This document shows positions 9,519 to 19,131 of a stretch of DNA of 64,000 nt, in pieces. Source of the stretch: Deltaproteobacteria bacterium (GTDB lineage: Bacteria > Myxococcota_A > Polyangia > Fen-1088); NCBI GenBank assembly GCA_033763315.1, contig JANRKS010000008.1, positions 32,001 to 96,000 on the forward strand, in the 5' to 3' direction. The notes beneath the pieces are model-generated. The model was not told the DNA's origin. It did not search any database and saw nothing but the letters and a program-made list of their open reading frames with translations. Each line of letters opens with the position of its first letter. Positions within the stretch are counted from its first letter, which is position 1. The position numbers were made by a program, and so were the translations under genes.

Positions 9519-11204
9519 GTGCCGATGCAACCGTACAGTGCAGTTTTGGCGGTGGGCCTGGCCATGGCAGTGGCCACGGCGTGTGGGGGCAAGATCAGCG
9601 ATGACGGCGACGGACGTGGCGGCACAGGAATGGCCTCCCCCGCCACGATGACGGGTGGACGTGGCGGCACCGCGGCCGTGGCGGCAGCGGCAGGCGTGCT
9701 CCCCATGCGGTTGCTCACCCGCGCTGAATACGACAACACCGTTCTTGATCTTCTGGGCGACGATAGCCATCCCGCCGCTGCCTTCCCGCCGGAGGATGCC
9801 GGCAGCACCGGCTTTGCCCAAGTTCAAAAGCTTGATGATGTGAACATTGGCGCCTACCTCAAAGCCGCCGAGACGATCGCCGAACGCGCCAGCAAAGATC
9901 TGAAGACGCTCATGGGTTGCGACCCAGCGGGTGCGGCGGAGTTGGTTTGCGTGAAGTCGTTCGTGACCAGCTTTGGCCGCCGCGCTTACCGAAGGCCCCT
10001 GCGCGACGCTGAAGTTGATGAACACGTGGCGCTTTACACCGACACACTCAAAGGGACGCTGAAGCTGGGCATCAACGAGGCCATGCCCACACTCGTTGCA
10101 GCGATGCTGCAATCGCCATTTTTTCTCTACCGTTGGGAAAGCGCATGGGAAGCCAGCCGTGACGGCCGCGAGTTGAAGCTGAACGCGCACCACTTGGCCT
10201 CACAGTTGTCGTATTTTTTCTGGTCCTCGATGCCTGACGCCGAACTCATGGCGGCCGCTGATCGAGGGGAGCTGCAGACCACGGCACAAATTCAAGCCCA
10301 AGCGGTGCGTTTGTTGGCCGATCCACGAGCAGAGCGCTCGATCTCAAGCTTCGTTGAACAATGGTTGGGTATCACAGCGCTCGAGGGAGCCTTACGAAGC
10401 AAGCCCGGCTGGGGCCCCACCTTGGCACGCGCGATGATCGCTGAGACGGATCGTTTCGCCGCTGATGTGATCTTGAAGGGCAATGGCCTGCTCACGACGT
10501 TGTTCACCTCTCGGCTAAGTTCAGCCGATGCGACTTTGGCTGCGTTCTACGGCAACAAAACCATCACTGGCACAACCCCGCAGCCACTGACTTTCGCACA
10601 GGGCGAGCGCGCCGGCATCCTGACGCTGGCCGCAACCTTGGCTGCACATGCGGACGAGAATGACGCCAGCCCCATCTTGCGCGGCAAGCTGATTCGAGAG
10701 CGCGTGATGTGTGATGCGATTCCGCCACCCCCAGGTGGTGTACCCGATCTACCCGCGCCCGATCCAAACACACCGAAGAAGCAGCGCTTTGCGATGCACG
10801 CGCAAGGCACCTGCAAAGGTTGCCACGAACTGATGGATCCGATCGGCTTTGCGTTTGAACATTACGACAACGTTGGCGCGTACCGTACAATGGACGGTAA
10901 ATTGCCTGTCGATAGCAGCGGCGCCATCAAAGGGTTGGACGGAAGCGATCAAAGCTTCACGTCTGCGGTCGACATGATGGATCTGCTCGGCAACAGCGAT
11001 CAAGTGCGCACATGCCTCATGAAGCAATTTTTTCGCTTTGGTTTTGCACGCAAAGAAAACGAAGACGCGGATGTGGCTTCGCTCAAAGCGGCTTCGGACG
11101 CCTTTCGTTCGTCCAACGGAAATATACGCAAGATGCTGGCGGCGCTCGCCACCTCACGCGTGATGACCCACCGCTCGCTTGCCGCCGGTGAGGTGTTGCC
11201 ATGA
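9519..11204 (+). CDS. DUF1592/DUF1588/DUF1595-domain lipoprotein with CxxCH heme motif
   Basis: Lipobox ATAC; RLLTRAEYDNTVLDL, LQSPFFLYR, LSYFFWSSMPD, SPILRG and CKGCH...DPIGFAFEHYD. Confidence 0.88.
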   Translation: MPMQPYSAVLAVGLAMAVATACGGKISDDGDGRGGTGMASPATMTGGRGGTAAVAAAAGVLPMRLLTRAEYDNTVLDLLGDDSHPAAAFPPEDAGSTGFAQVQKLDDVNIGAYLKAAETIAERASKDLKTLMGCDPAGAAELVCVKSFVTSFGRRAYRRPLRDAEVDEHVALYTDTLKGTLKLGINEAMPTLVAAMLQSPFFLYRWESAWEASRDGRELKLNAHHLASQLSYFFWSSMPDAELMAAADRGELQTTAQIQAQAVRLLADPRAERSISSFVEQWLGITALEGALRSKPGWGPTLARAMIAETDRFAADVILKGNGLLTTLFTSRLSSADATLAAFYGNKTITGTTPQPLTFAQGERAGILTLAATLAAHADENDASPILRGKLIRERVMCDAIPPPPGGVPDLPAPDPNTPKKQRFAMHAQGTCKGCHELMDPIGFAFEHYDNVGAYRTMDGKLPVDSSGAIKGLDGSDQSFTSAVDMMDLLGNSDQVRTCLMKQFFRFGFARKENEDADVASLKAASDAFRSSNGNIRKMLAALATSRVMTHRSLAAGEVLP

Positions 11205-12655
11205 GCCGATATTCATTTGATCGACGAACGTTGTTGGCGGGGCTAGGTGGCGGCTTGGTTCCCCTGTTGGCACCACACGGCGCCCGCGCGGCGTCCGCCA
11301 CGCCGAAGCGATTGGTTGTGATCGCGGTGCCGAACGGATACACCGCCGACTACCTTCCTGAAGTTGTGGGCACGGGATGGCAAGCACGCGCCACCGAATT
11401 CTCACCTCTGCAGCCCTTGGAGCCGTGGAAAGATCGTTTGCTGGTGATGGGCGGCATCAACGTCCAAAACGGCATCGACACCGGCAAAGACGTGAAGAAG
11501 GATCCAAACGCAACGATCGCGGGCCACGCGATCATGCCCTTCTTGCTGACCGGCGCAAAGGGCGTGGCAGGGCCATCAATCCCGGACGGATGGAGCTTAA
11601 CGGCCAGCCATTGCTCGGTCGACCAATACGTCGTGCAGAAACTGCCAGCCGTCAGCGGCCGCCCGTTTCCTTCTTTGGTGATGCGACCCGTGGCGCTTTC
11701 GGCAGGCGGTTACGGCAACACACCGCTTTCGTATTCAGGAAAAACCCTGGACGGCAAGAGCCACAACGCGCCTTCGATTCGCGAGAATCCGTTCACGGTG
11801 TTTGATGATTTGTTCGGTGGCAAGATTGACATCACGGCGCTGCAAAGGCAGCGCGCCAAGCGCAAATCCATCCTGGATTTTTCATCGCGGCAGCTCAAGC
11901 AGGTGCAAGCTCGCGTGGGAAGCGATGACAAGCAGCGAATTGAAAACCACCTCACTGCCATTACAGAAATTGAAAAGCAGCTTGCGACGATGAGCGGCGC
12001 TTGCCAGGCACCGGGGCGCGCCGACGAAACCATATGGTCAACGTCGCAGAGCAATCCGAAGATGAACCTGGTGATCCGCACGCAGATTGATCTGACCGTG
12101 GCCGCGATGGCGTGCGATCTCACGCGCGTGGCGAGCCATTCCTGGTGTTCGTCGAACAACAACACGATCGTGTTTCCCTGGCTTGCGGATCGCATTGCAA
12201 GCCTGAACGACACCTGGACGGGAACCGAAACCGGCGGATCAGGCAACAATCTGCGCAACCACCACACGATCGCTCACAACGAGGGTCAGCTTAAGCGCGA
12301 GAAGAACTTGGTGGATCGATTCTTCATTGAATGCTTTGCGTACTTTATCGAGAAGCTATCGAAGACGATGGATCCCGATGGCCGGCCCATGATTGAAAAT
12401 ACGCTGGTGTTGTATGCCAATATGCAGCGCACTGGCGGCGGCCATCAGACCGACAACTTGCAGTGGTTCCTGGCGGGCAACGCCAACGGCTACTTCAAGC
12501 AGGGCCGCTACCTCCCCTTCCTGTCGGGCAAGACGAATCAGATGGCGCCCACAAATGGATTGCTCACAGCGATCGTGAATGCGATGGGGTGCCCGCCCGT
12601 GGATAGCTTCGGTGATCCTGCCTACGGCGGCGAGGCCACCATCTTGCGCGGATAG
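11201..12655 (+). CDS. DUF1552-domain protein (Tat-exported)
   Basis: DRRTLLAG Tat motif; KSILD, DKQRIENHLTAI and AMACDLTRVA. ATGA overlap with the DUF1592 gene, its usual partner. Confidence 0.88.
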   Translation: MSRYSFDRRTLLAGLGGGLVPLLAPHGARAASATPKRLVVIAVPNGYTADYLPEVVGTGWQARATEFSPLQPLEPWKDRLLVMGGINVQNGIDTGKDVKKDPNATIAGHAIMPFLLTGAKGVAGPSIPDGWSLTASHCSVDQYVVQKLPAVSGRPFPSLVMRPVALSAGGYGNTPLSYSGKTLDGKSHNAPSIRENPFTVFDDLFGGKIDITALQRQRAKRKSILDFSSRQLKQVQARVGSDDKQRIENHLTAITEIEKQLATMSGACQAPGRADETIWSTSQSNPKMNLVIRTQIDLTVAAMACDLTRVASHSWCSSNNNTIVFPWLADRIASLNDTWTGTETGGSGNNLRNHHTIAHNEGQLKREKNLVDRFFIECFAYFIEKLSKTMDPDGRPMIENTLVLYANMQRTGGGHQTDNLQWFLAGNANGYFKQGRYLPFLSGKTNQMAPTNGLLTAIVNAMGCPPVDSFGDPAYGGEATILRG

Positions 12656-12700
12656 CTGCGAGCGAAAGCGTCGGCCGTCGCGGCTTGCTAAAGCACAGCC

Positions 12701-13090
12701 ATGACGACGGAGTTGTGGTGTTTGGTGGGAAACGCCCTTTGGGGCTTGGGATTGGTGATGCTGGAGATCACTGGCAAAACAGCGGTGGCAGGGAGCGCCT
12801 GGAACAGCGGAAACCGTGAGACCTCGCCGGTTTTCCCGGTCTGGGTTCAGCGTGCGGGGCGGGCGCTGGCCAATCATCAGGAGAACTTTCCCCTGTTCGC
12901 TGTGGCGGTGTTGGTGGTTCACCTCGCCGGCAAGGAAGACAGCATAAGCGGCACTGCCGCATTGGCCTACGTGGCCGCACGGGCGGTGCATGGTGTTTTG
13001 TACGTGGCCGGTGTGACAAAGCTCCGCACGTTGGCGTTCCTCGTTGGATTGTGCTCCGTGTTCGCGATCTTGAGCCGCTTGTTGAGCTGA
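12701..13090 (+). CDS. MAPEG-family membrane protein
   Basis: RAGRALANHQENFPLF and YVAARAVHGVLY motifs; about four hydrophobic segments. Confidence 0.85.
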   Translation: MTTELWCLVGNALWGLGLVMLEITGKTAVAGSAWNSGNRETSPVFPVWVQRAGRALANHQENFPLFAVAVLVVHLAGKEDSISGTAALAYVAARAVHGVLYVAGVTKLRTLAFLVGLCSVFAILSRLLS

Positions 13091-13171
13091 GGCCGCTGAC
13101 ATTTTCGAGCATGTAAACCAAGCGCACCAACATCGCTCTGCAAATCTGAAAAGGCCCGCTACAATGCGGCC

Positions 13172-14026
13172 ATGTGCGAATTGCTCGGGATGGAATGCAA
13201 TGTTCCGACGGACATCGTGTTTTCCTTCACAGCCTTAACGATGCGCGGCGGGATGACGGGTCCCCACGCCGATGGCTGGGGCTTGGCGCTTTACGATGGG
13301 CCGTTCGCGCAGATATTTCTCGAACCCAAACCCGCGTGCGACAGCCAGCTCGCACGGTTCTTGCGCGAAAACCCCACCCCGGTGCTGTTGGCAATTGCGC
13401 ACGTTCGAAAGCGCACCCAAGGGCCCGTGGGCCTCGCGAACACGCATCCGTTCAAGCGCGTGTTGTGGGGACGCGATTGGGCTTTCGCGCACAATGGCAC
13501 CTTGCCACACATTAAAGAAAAGCCTTTGCGCCGCTTCGTCCCCGTGGGGCAAACGGACAGCGAACACGCCTTTTGCTGGATCCTTGATCAGCTTGAGCAA
13601 GCCTTCCCGGATGGAGAGCCCGCAGACAATGCAGCGGTGGAACAGCTGATAGCAAAGCTCGGTGGATCGCTGGGGGCCGAAGGCAGCTGCAACTTCCTGC
13701 TTGGCGATGGGCGCCGGCTTTACGCGCGCTGTGGAACCAGGCTTTGTTACATCATCCGCAAAGCACCCTTTGGCGCGGCTACGTTGAAGGATGCCGAAGT
13801 GCGCGTCGACTTTCGCGCGGTCACCAGCGAGCTCGATCGCGTGGCAGTGGTTGCCACCGCGCCATTGACACGCGACGAACGATGGGAAGAAGCGCGCCCC
13901 GGCACCTTGTGGGTGTTTCAGCAGGGGCGTTTGCACGCCGAACTGGTGAGCCGAGATCCCGCCGGACGACCCGAGTCGCCTGCTCTTTCGGTGGATGTGA
14001 CCTCTAGCACAAGCCCCGCGCCCTGA
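13172..14026 (+). CDS. yafJ: Class II glutamine amidotransferase (YafJ-like)
   Basis: N-terminal MCELLGM nucleophile; HADGWG, NTHPF, FAHNG and GQTDSE motifs. Confidence 0.9.
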   Translation: MCELLGMECNVPTDIVFSFTALTMRGGMTGPHADGWGLALYDGPFAQIFLEPKPACDSQLARFLRENPTPVLLAIAHVRKRTQGPVGLANTHPFKRVLWGRDWAFAHNGTLPHIKEKPLRRFVPVGQTDSEHAFCWILDQLEQAFPDGEPADNAAVEQLIAKLGGSLGAEGSCNFLLGDGRRLYARCGTRLCYIIRKAPFGAATLKDAEVRVDFRAVTSELDRVAVVATAPLTRDERWEEARPGTLWVFQQGRLHAELVSRDPAGRPESPALSVDVTSSTSPAP

Positions 14027-14151
14027 GCTCTGAGGGTCTGGCAAGGTGTTGACGGCATCTTGTTTCCTCACTGGCGCTGTCTATACCCCAGAAGGGCTGT
14101 TCTCATAAAAGGCGCTTGGCAAACGTTGCCCGTTTCGCTTAAGTCGAGGGC

Positions 14152-15549
14152 GTGAAGCGCATCAATTCATCCGCAGGCCTTTCCCCGTTTTTCGTGAACC
14201 GACGGCGTTTTCTGCAAACCGCGCAGGCGGCGGCGGCTTTGGCAGCGTTGCCAGCCTGGGGGGCAGACGCGGTTGACTTGGTGAACGCCAAGGCCAAACG
14301 TGTGGGACTGATCGGCTGCGGATGGTACGGCAAAAGCGATCTGTGGCGGCTCATCCAGGTGGCGCCAGTGGATGTCGTCTCCTTGTGTGATCCCGACACC
14401 GATCTGTTGACTGGCGCTGCAGATCTGGCGGCCACGCGCCAAAGTTCTCACAAGCGGCCACGCACGTACCGCGACTACCGCGAGATGTTGCGGGAGAAGG
14501 ATCTCGACATCGTGATTGTGGGTTCGCCCGATCATTGGCATGCGTTGCACACGATCGCCGCGCTTGAAGCGGGCGCCGACGTTTACTGCCAAAAGCCTGT
14601 GAGCCGCGACGTGCGCGAAGGCGAAGCGATGGTGGATGCCGCCCGTAAACACAAACGCGTGATTCAGGTGGGCACGCAGCGCAAGAGCACGCCTCACCTT
14701 GTGGAAGCAAAGAAGCAAATCATCGAGGGCGGCAGGTTAGGAAAGATTGGTCACATTGAGATGTGCTGCTATTTCCCTATGCGCGCCAATGGCAACCCAC
14801 CGTTGCAGCCCGTTCCTCAAACGCTCGACTACGAACTGTGGACGGGCCCCGCACCGCTGCGGCCTTACGATGGTTCACCGCACGTGCGCTGGTGGCGCAC
14901 TTTCAAGGAATATGGCAACGGGATCCTCGGCGATATGTGCGTGCATCTTTTGGACACCGCGCGATGGATGTTGGGGCTCGGCTGGCCTCGGCGGATATCA
15001 TCGACGGGCGGGATCTTTGTTCAAAAGGGCGGCAAGTCGAACATTCCTGACACGCAAACAGCGACGTTCGAGTTCGATGACTTCAATGCCGTGTGGCAGC
15101 ACCGATCGTGGGGGCAAGCTGTGGATCCGGATTATCCGTGGGGCCTGTTTCTTCACGGTGAAAAGGGTTTGTTGAAAGCAAGCACCACGCGGGCTGACTT
15201 CATTCCTTACGACAAAAAGGAAAAGCCAATTCACTTCGACTGCGTCTACGAAAAAGAGAAATATCCGGAAGACATCACGGAGAAAGACATCGAACTTAAC
15301 GCCGCGCCCGCGACGCGTGCGCACATGCTGGACTTCTTGGCCGCCGTGGCCACCCGCGGTCGGCCGCTGGCTGACATCGAACAGGGCCACATCTCGACCG
15401 CCGCGTGCATTTTGGCAAACATCGCCATGGACGTGGGGCGCCCCGTGGCCTACGACCCCAAACTGCGGATCGTGACCGCCGATCGCGAAGCCACAAACCT
15501 GTTGCGACGCCCCTACCGCAAGGGGTGGAAGCACCCGCATCAGGGTTGA
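14152..15549 (+). CDS. Gfo/Idh/MocA-family oxidoreductase, Tat-exported
   Basis: NRRRFLQ Tat motif; VGLIGCGWYG Rossmann fold; SPDHWH, VYCQKP and DMCVHLLD. Confidence 0.9.
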   Translation: MKRINSSAGLSPFFVNRRRFLQTAQAAAALAALPAWGADAVDLVNAKAKRVGLIGCGWYGKSDLWRLIQVAPVDVVSLCDPDTDLLTGAADLAATRQSSHKRPRTYRDYREMLREKDLDIVIVGSPDHWHALHTIAALEAGADVYCQKPVSRDVREGEAMVDAARKHKRVIQVGTQRKSTPHLVEAKKQIIEGGRLGKIGHIEMCCYFPMRANGNPPLQPVPQTLDYELWTGPAPLRPYDGSPHVRWWRTFKEYGNGILGDMCVHLLDTARWMLGLGWPRRISSTGGIFVQKGGKSNIPDTQTATFEFDDFNAVWQHRSWGQAVDPDYPWGLFLHGEKGLLKASTTRADFIPYDKKEKPIHFDCVYEKEKYPEDITEKDIELNAAPATRAHMLDFLAAVATRGRPLADIEQGHISTAACILANIAMDVGRPVAYDPKLRIVTADREATNLLRRPYRKGWKHPHQG

Positions 15550-15661
15550 TGAGGCAGCAAGGCAGGGTTGCGTTGGTGGGCCACCCCGCCCCAAAAGACT
15601 TGGGCGTCGCACCCGAATAAATGAGGGTCGATGCCTGCATTGGCGGCGGTAGAGTTGGCCG

Positions 15662-18600
15662 GTGAAAGCCCGTGCTCTCGTTGCGCCCCTCCTCGCGTTG
15701 ATTGTCGCCTGCGCGGCGGCTTACGCCGCTCCTGCTGATCCTTTGCTTGCAGGTTTTCTGCAACCGCCGCCACAGGCCAGGCCGCTGGTGTGGTGGCACT
15801 GGACCAATGGCAACGTCACGCAGGCCGCCATCACGGCGGATCTGGAGGCGATGCAGCGCGTGGGCATTGGTGGTGTGCAGTTGTTCGACGTCGACGTCGG
15901 GAACCCGCTGTTGGTGCCCACACCTGTTGATTACATGACGCCACGCTGGTTGCAGCTGCTCGCGTTCACGGCCCGTGAATGCAAACGTTTGGGGCTTTCG
16001 CTGAGCGTGCACAGCAGCGCGGGGTGGAGCGAATCAGGTGGACCTTGGGTGCGGCCAGCCGATGGCATGCGCAAACTCGTGTGGAGTGAAACGCAAGTGA
16101 CGGGGCCCACCACGTTTACGGGCACGCTGCCCTCGCCTCCGCGCGTGTTCGGGCCTTATGGCAATCTCGCACGCGAAAAGATGGGCACGCCGGCGGAGCG
16201 CTGGCCCGCGGAAGTGCCCGAAGATTATACGGACGAATACGTCTTGGCGTATCCAACGCCCGCGGGGCGTCGTTTCCCCGGCGCGAGCGGCACGCTTTCA
16301 GGCAATGTGCCGAACTTTGATCCGAAGGTTGTGACCGACGGCGACCTCAACACACGCTTGAAGCTGCCGTTTACCGACGCTCACACGCCCGTGATGGTGG
16401 ATGTCCACTTCGACGATCCCTTCGTCGCTCAGGCACTCAGCTTGGCGGCCGGTTGGATCGCTCCGTTGGGTGAATTGCAAAGCAGCCAAGACGGAAAGAC
16501 GTTTACAAAGGTCATCGACCTGCCGCGGCCGTCGGTGGGCAGCCGACCCATTCCCAAAACGGTGACGTTCACACCTGTGAAGGCTAAGCACTTCCGGCTG
16601 GTGTTTTTACCGCGCACAAGCAAGCTGTCGTTCGAGTTCGCCGAGCTTCAGCTGTTTGAAGCACCACGCGTGCACCGCTTTGAAGACAAAGCAGGCTTTG
16701 GCCTTTTGCCCGATGTGGACATCGAACGTGGCGCGCCGGCTGTGGGTGTGGATCCGAAACGCGTTGTGGATTTAACGAAGCGCTTTAAGCAGGGGAAAGG
16801 TGTGTGGCAGGTCCCGGCAGGTTCGTGGACGTTGGTGCGCGTAGGGCACGCGGCCACCGGGATGAAGAACCGTCCTGCCACAGCGGCTGGTTTGGGTTTG
16901 GAGGTGGACAAACTAAACGCGCAGGCCGTGCGCAGATACATATCGACCTTTCTATCGCGACTGCAAGGCGCAGGCGTTTTCGCGGCGGGCTCGATGAACG
17001 GCGTGCTGATGGATAGCTGGGAGGCCGAACACCAGAATTGGACGCCTGGTTTTATGTCAGCCTTTCGCAAACGTCGCGGATATGATCCTCTGCCGTTTTT
17101 GCCGGCGATGACGGGCGCTGTGATAGTTAATGCCGAGGCAAGCGACCGCTTTTTGTGGGACGTGCGGCGCACGATCGCTGATGAGCTTTCCAACAATCAC
17201 TATGGCGTGGTGAGGCGGGCCGTGGCGGCGCGTGGATTGCGCTTGGAAGCCGAGGCCGTGGGGCAAGGCATGCCGATGATCGCCGATCAATTGCAAGCGC
17301 GCGGCCGCACCGATGTACCTATGGGCGAGTTTTGGGTTCCCGCACCAGGTGCACCTTTACAAGCGAAAGCAGACTGCAAAGAAGCTGCGAGCGCGGCGCA
17401 TATCTACGGCAAACAGCTCGTGGGCGCGGAAGCTTTCTCATCAGGCCCGGATGTGCCCGCGTGGAGCCAAACACCGCGATCGCTGAAGGCTGTGGGCGAT
17501 CTGCATTTCGCCACGGGGATTAATCGATTGTCGTTGCACCAGTTCACGTTGCAGCCCGATGACACGCGCAAACCTGGACTCACGCTGAAAGAATATGGTT
17601 CACCGTTTAATCGGCTGAATACTTGGTGGGACGCTTCGGGTGCGTGGTTCACGTATCTGTCGCGCGCGCAGTTCCTGCTGCAACAGGGTTGGTTCGTGGG
17701 CGACGTGGTTTACCTTTATGGAGAAGGGGCGCCCGCCACGGTGGCCGACAAGGCGGATTTGGTGCCCGCGATGCCGCCCGGCCGCGACTACGATTTTGTG
17801 AATACAGAAGCCTTGTTGAACCACGCGCGCATGCTTGATGGCGTGTTGAACTTTCCTGGCGCGCGAGGATTTCGGATATTGGTGATGCCACCAAGTCAAG
17901 TGGCCACGCCCGCATTGCTTTTGAAGTTGCGCGGCTTTGTACGCCAAGGCTTGACGGTGGTGGGTCCACGACCGCTGCGATCGCCTTCCTTGCGTGGTGA
18001 TGCCGAAGTGAAAGCGTTGGCGGCCGAGCTGTGGGGGCCGTGTGAACAGGCCGCTTGTGAACACAAAGTGGGTCGTGGACGCGTGATAACCGGCGCCACG
18101 TTGGAAGCTGTTTTGCAGCAACAGAGCTCGCCCGCAGACATAGCGCTGGCCGGCGAAACGCAGCCGGACGCGGTGGCAACGATTCACCGTCAAACCAAAA
18201 CCGATCACATCTATTTTCTGGCGAACCTCACCGAGTTCAAGCAGATCCTCAAGATTACACTGCGTGCGCAAGGATCAACTTTGCAGATGTGGAATGCCGA
18301 AACAGGCGCGCACACATCCATTCCGTTTCATGTCGATGGGGCAACCATTCGCACCGACGTTGCGCTTAAGCCTTTAGAGTCAGTCTTTCTATTGGTTCGA
18401 CAGGGAAAGGGTGACCAAGCAGCGGGCGAGATGGCTCAGGGCGCAGCCTTGGAAGTGGCGGGCCCCTGGGATGTTGAGTTCACGTCGCCGTTTGCGCAGG
18501 AGGCTTCCCATCACGAGACGTTTGCACGATTGCAATCGCTCTCGAAGCACGCCAACCCGTTGGTCCACCACTTCGCGGGCAACGCCACCTACCGCGCCCA

Positions 18601-18913
18601 GCTGCAAGTGCCGCGAAGCTCAGCGTTGACTCTAGACCTGGGCCACGTACACGATGTGGCACGTGTGCGGCTGAACGGCAGCGAAGTGGCCACGCTGTGG
18701 AACCAGACCGGTGTGGATGTGACGAACTTCGTGCACGCCGGCCGCAATGAGCTTGAAATTATTGTGAGCGTAGGTTGGCCGAACCGCTTGATTGGCGATG
18801 CCGCTTTGCCACCCACCCAGCGAAAGACCTGGACCACGTTCAACCCCTACACAGCAACATCCCCCTTGAGGGAGGCAGGGTTGCTCGGGCCTGTGCGACT
18901 TATCCCTCGGTGA
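15662..18913 (+). CDS. GH106-family glycoside hydrolase (alpha-L-rhamnosidase-like), secreted
   Basis: Signal peptide; RPLVWWHW-NGN, GWSESGGPW, DSWE, PMGEFW, KEAASAAHIYG and AEAF motifs; C-terminal LDLG...GLLGPV. Confidence 0.88.
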   Translation: MKARALVAPLLALIVACAAAYAAPADPLLAGFLQPPPQARPLVWWHWTNGNVTQAAITADLEAMQRVGIGGVQLFDVDVGNPLLVPTPVDYMTPRWLQLLAFTARECKRLGLSLSVHSSAGWSESGGPWVRPADGMRKLVWSETQVTGPTTFTGTLPSPPRVFGPYGNLAREKMGTPAERWPAEVPEDYTDEYVLAYPTPAGRRFPGASGTLSGNVPNFDPKVVTDGDLNTRLKLPFTDAHTPVMVDVHFDDPFVAQALSLAAGWIAPLGELQSSQDGKTFTKVIDLPRPSVGSRPIPKTVTFTPVKAKHFRLVFLPRTSKLSFEFAELQLFEAPRVHRFEDKAGFGLLPDVDIERGAPAVGVDPKRVVDLTKRFKQGKGVWQVPAGSWTLVRVGHAATGMKNRPATAAGLGLEVDKLNAQAVRRYISTFLSRLQGAGVFAAGSMNGVLMDSWEAEHQNWTPGFMSAFRKRRGYDPLPFLPAMTGAVIVNAEASDRFLWDVRRTIADELSNNHYGVVRRAVAARGLRLEAEAVGQGMPMIADQLQARGRTDVPMGEFWVPAPGAPLQAKADCKEAASAAHIYGKQLVGAEAFSSGPDVPAWSQTPRSLKAVGDLHFATGINRLSLHQFTLQPDDTRKPGLTLKEYGSPFNRLNTWWDASGAWFTYLSRAQFLLQQGWFVGDVVYLYGEGAPATVADKADLVPAMPPGRDYDFVNTEALLNHARMLDGVLNFPGARGFRILVMPPSQVATPALLLKLRGFVRQGLTVVGPRPLRSPSLRGDAEVKALAAELWGPCEQAACEHKVGRGRVITGATLEAVLQQQSSPADIALAGETQPDAVATIHRQTKTDHIYFLANLTEFKQILKITLRAQGSTLQMWNAETGAHTSIPFHVDGATIRTDVALKPLESVFLLVRQGKGDQAAGEMAQGAALEVAGPWDVEFTSPFAQEASHHETFARLQSLSKHANPLVHHFAGNATYRAQLQVPRSSALTLDLGHVHDVARVRLNGSEVATLWNQTGVDVTNFVHAGRNELEIIVSVGWPNRLIGDAALPPTQRKTWTTFNPYTATSPLREAGLLGPVRLIPR

Positions 18914-19131
18914 TGCTAATTCGCATTTGTTCGGCTCGCACCCGAATCACGCCCCCACGCAGCTCTTGCTGCCTTGCACCTGCACGCTTGCCCTATCACC
19001 TGGGCAGGTGAGCCGACCGATAAGACGATTCGGCGGCAGCCACATTCCCCCACGCCGGGGCACTTAAGACGCCAAGCGTCAGATAAAGCCACCGTCCCAC
19101 GAACCTGAAAAGCCAGCGAAGTGGGGTTTCG

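Noticed and set aside
9612-9670. Duplicated GGACGTGGCGGCAC
   Set aside because: It encodes GRGGT twice in a low-complexity lipoprotein linker and has no evident further meaning.
19009-19034. TGAGCC-N16-CGGC upstream of pfa2, similar to the ECF promoter
   Set aside because: The -10 box mismatches (CGGC versus CGTC) and the flanks are not conserved. A similar TGAGCC at 36639 has the wrong spacing.
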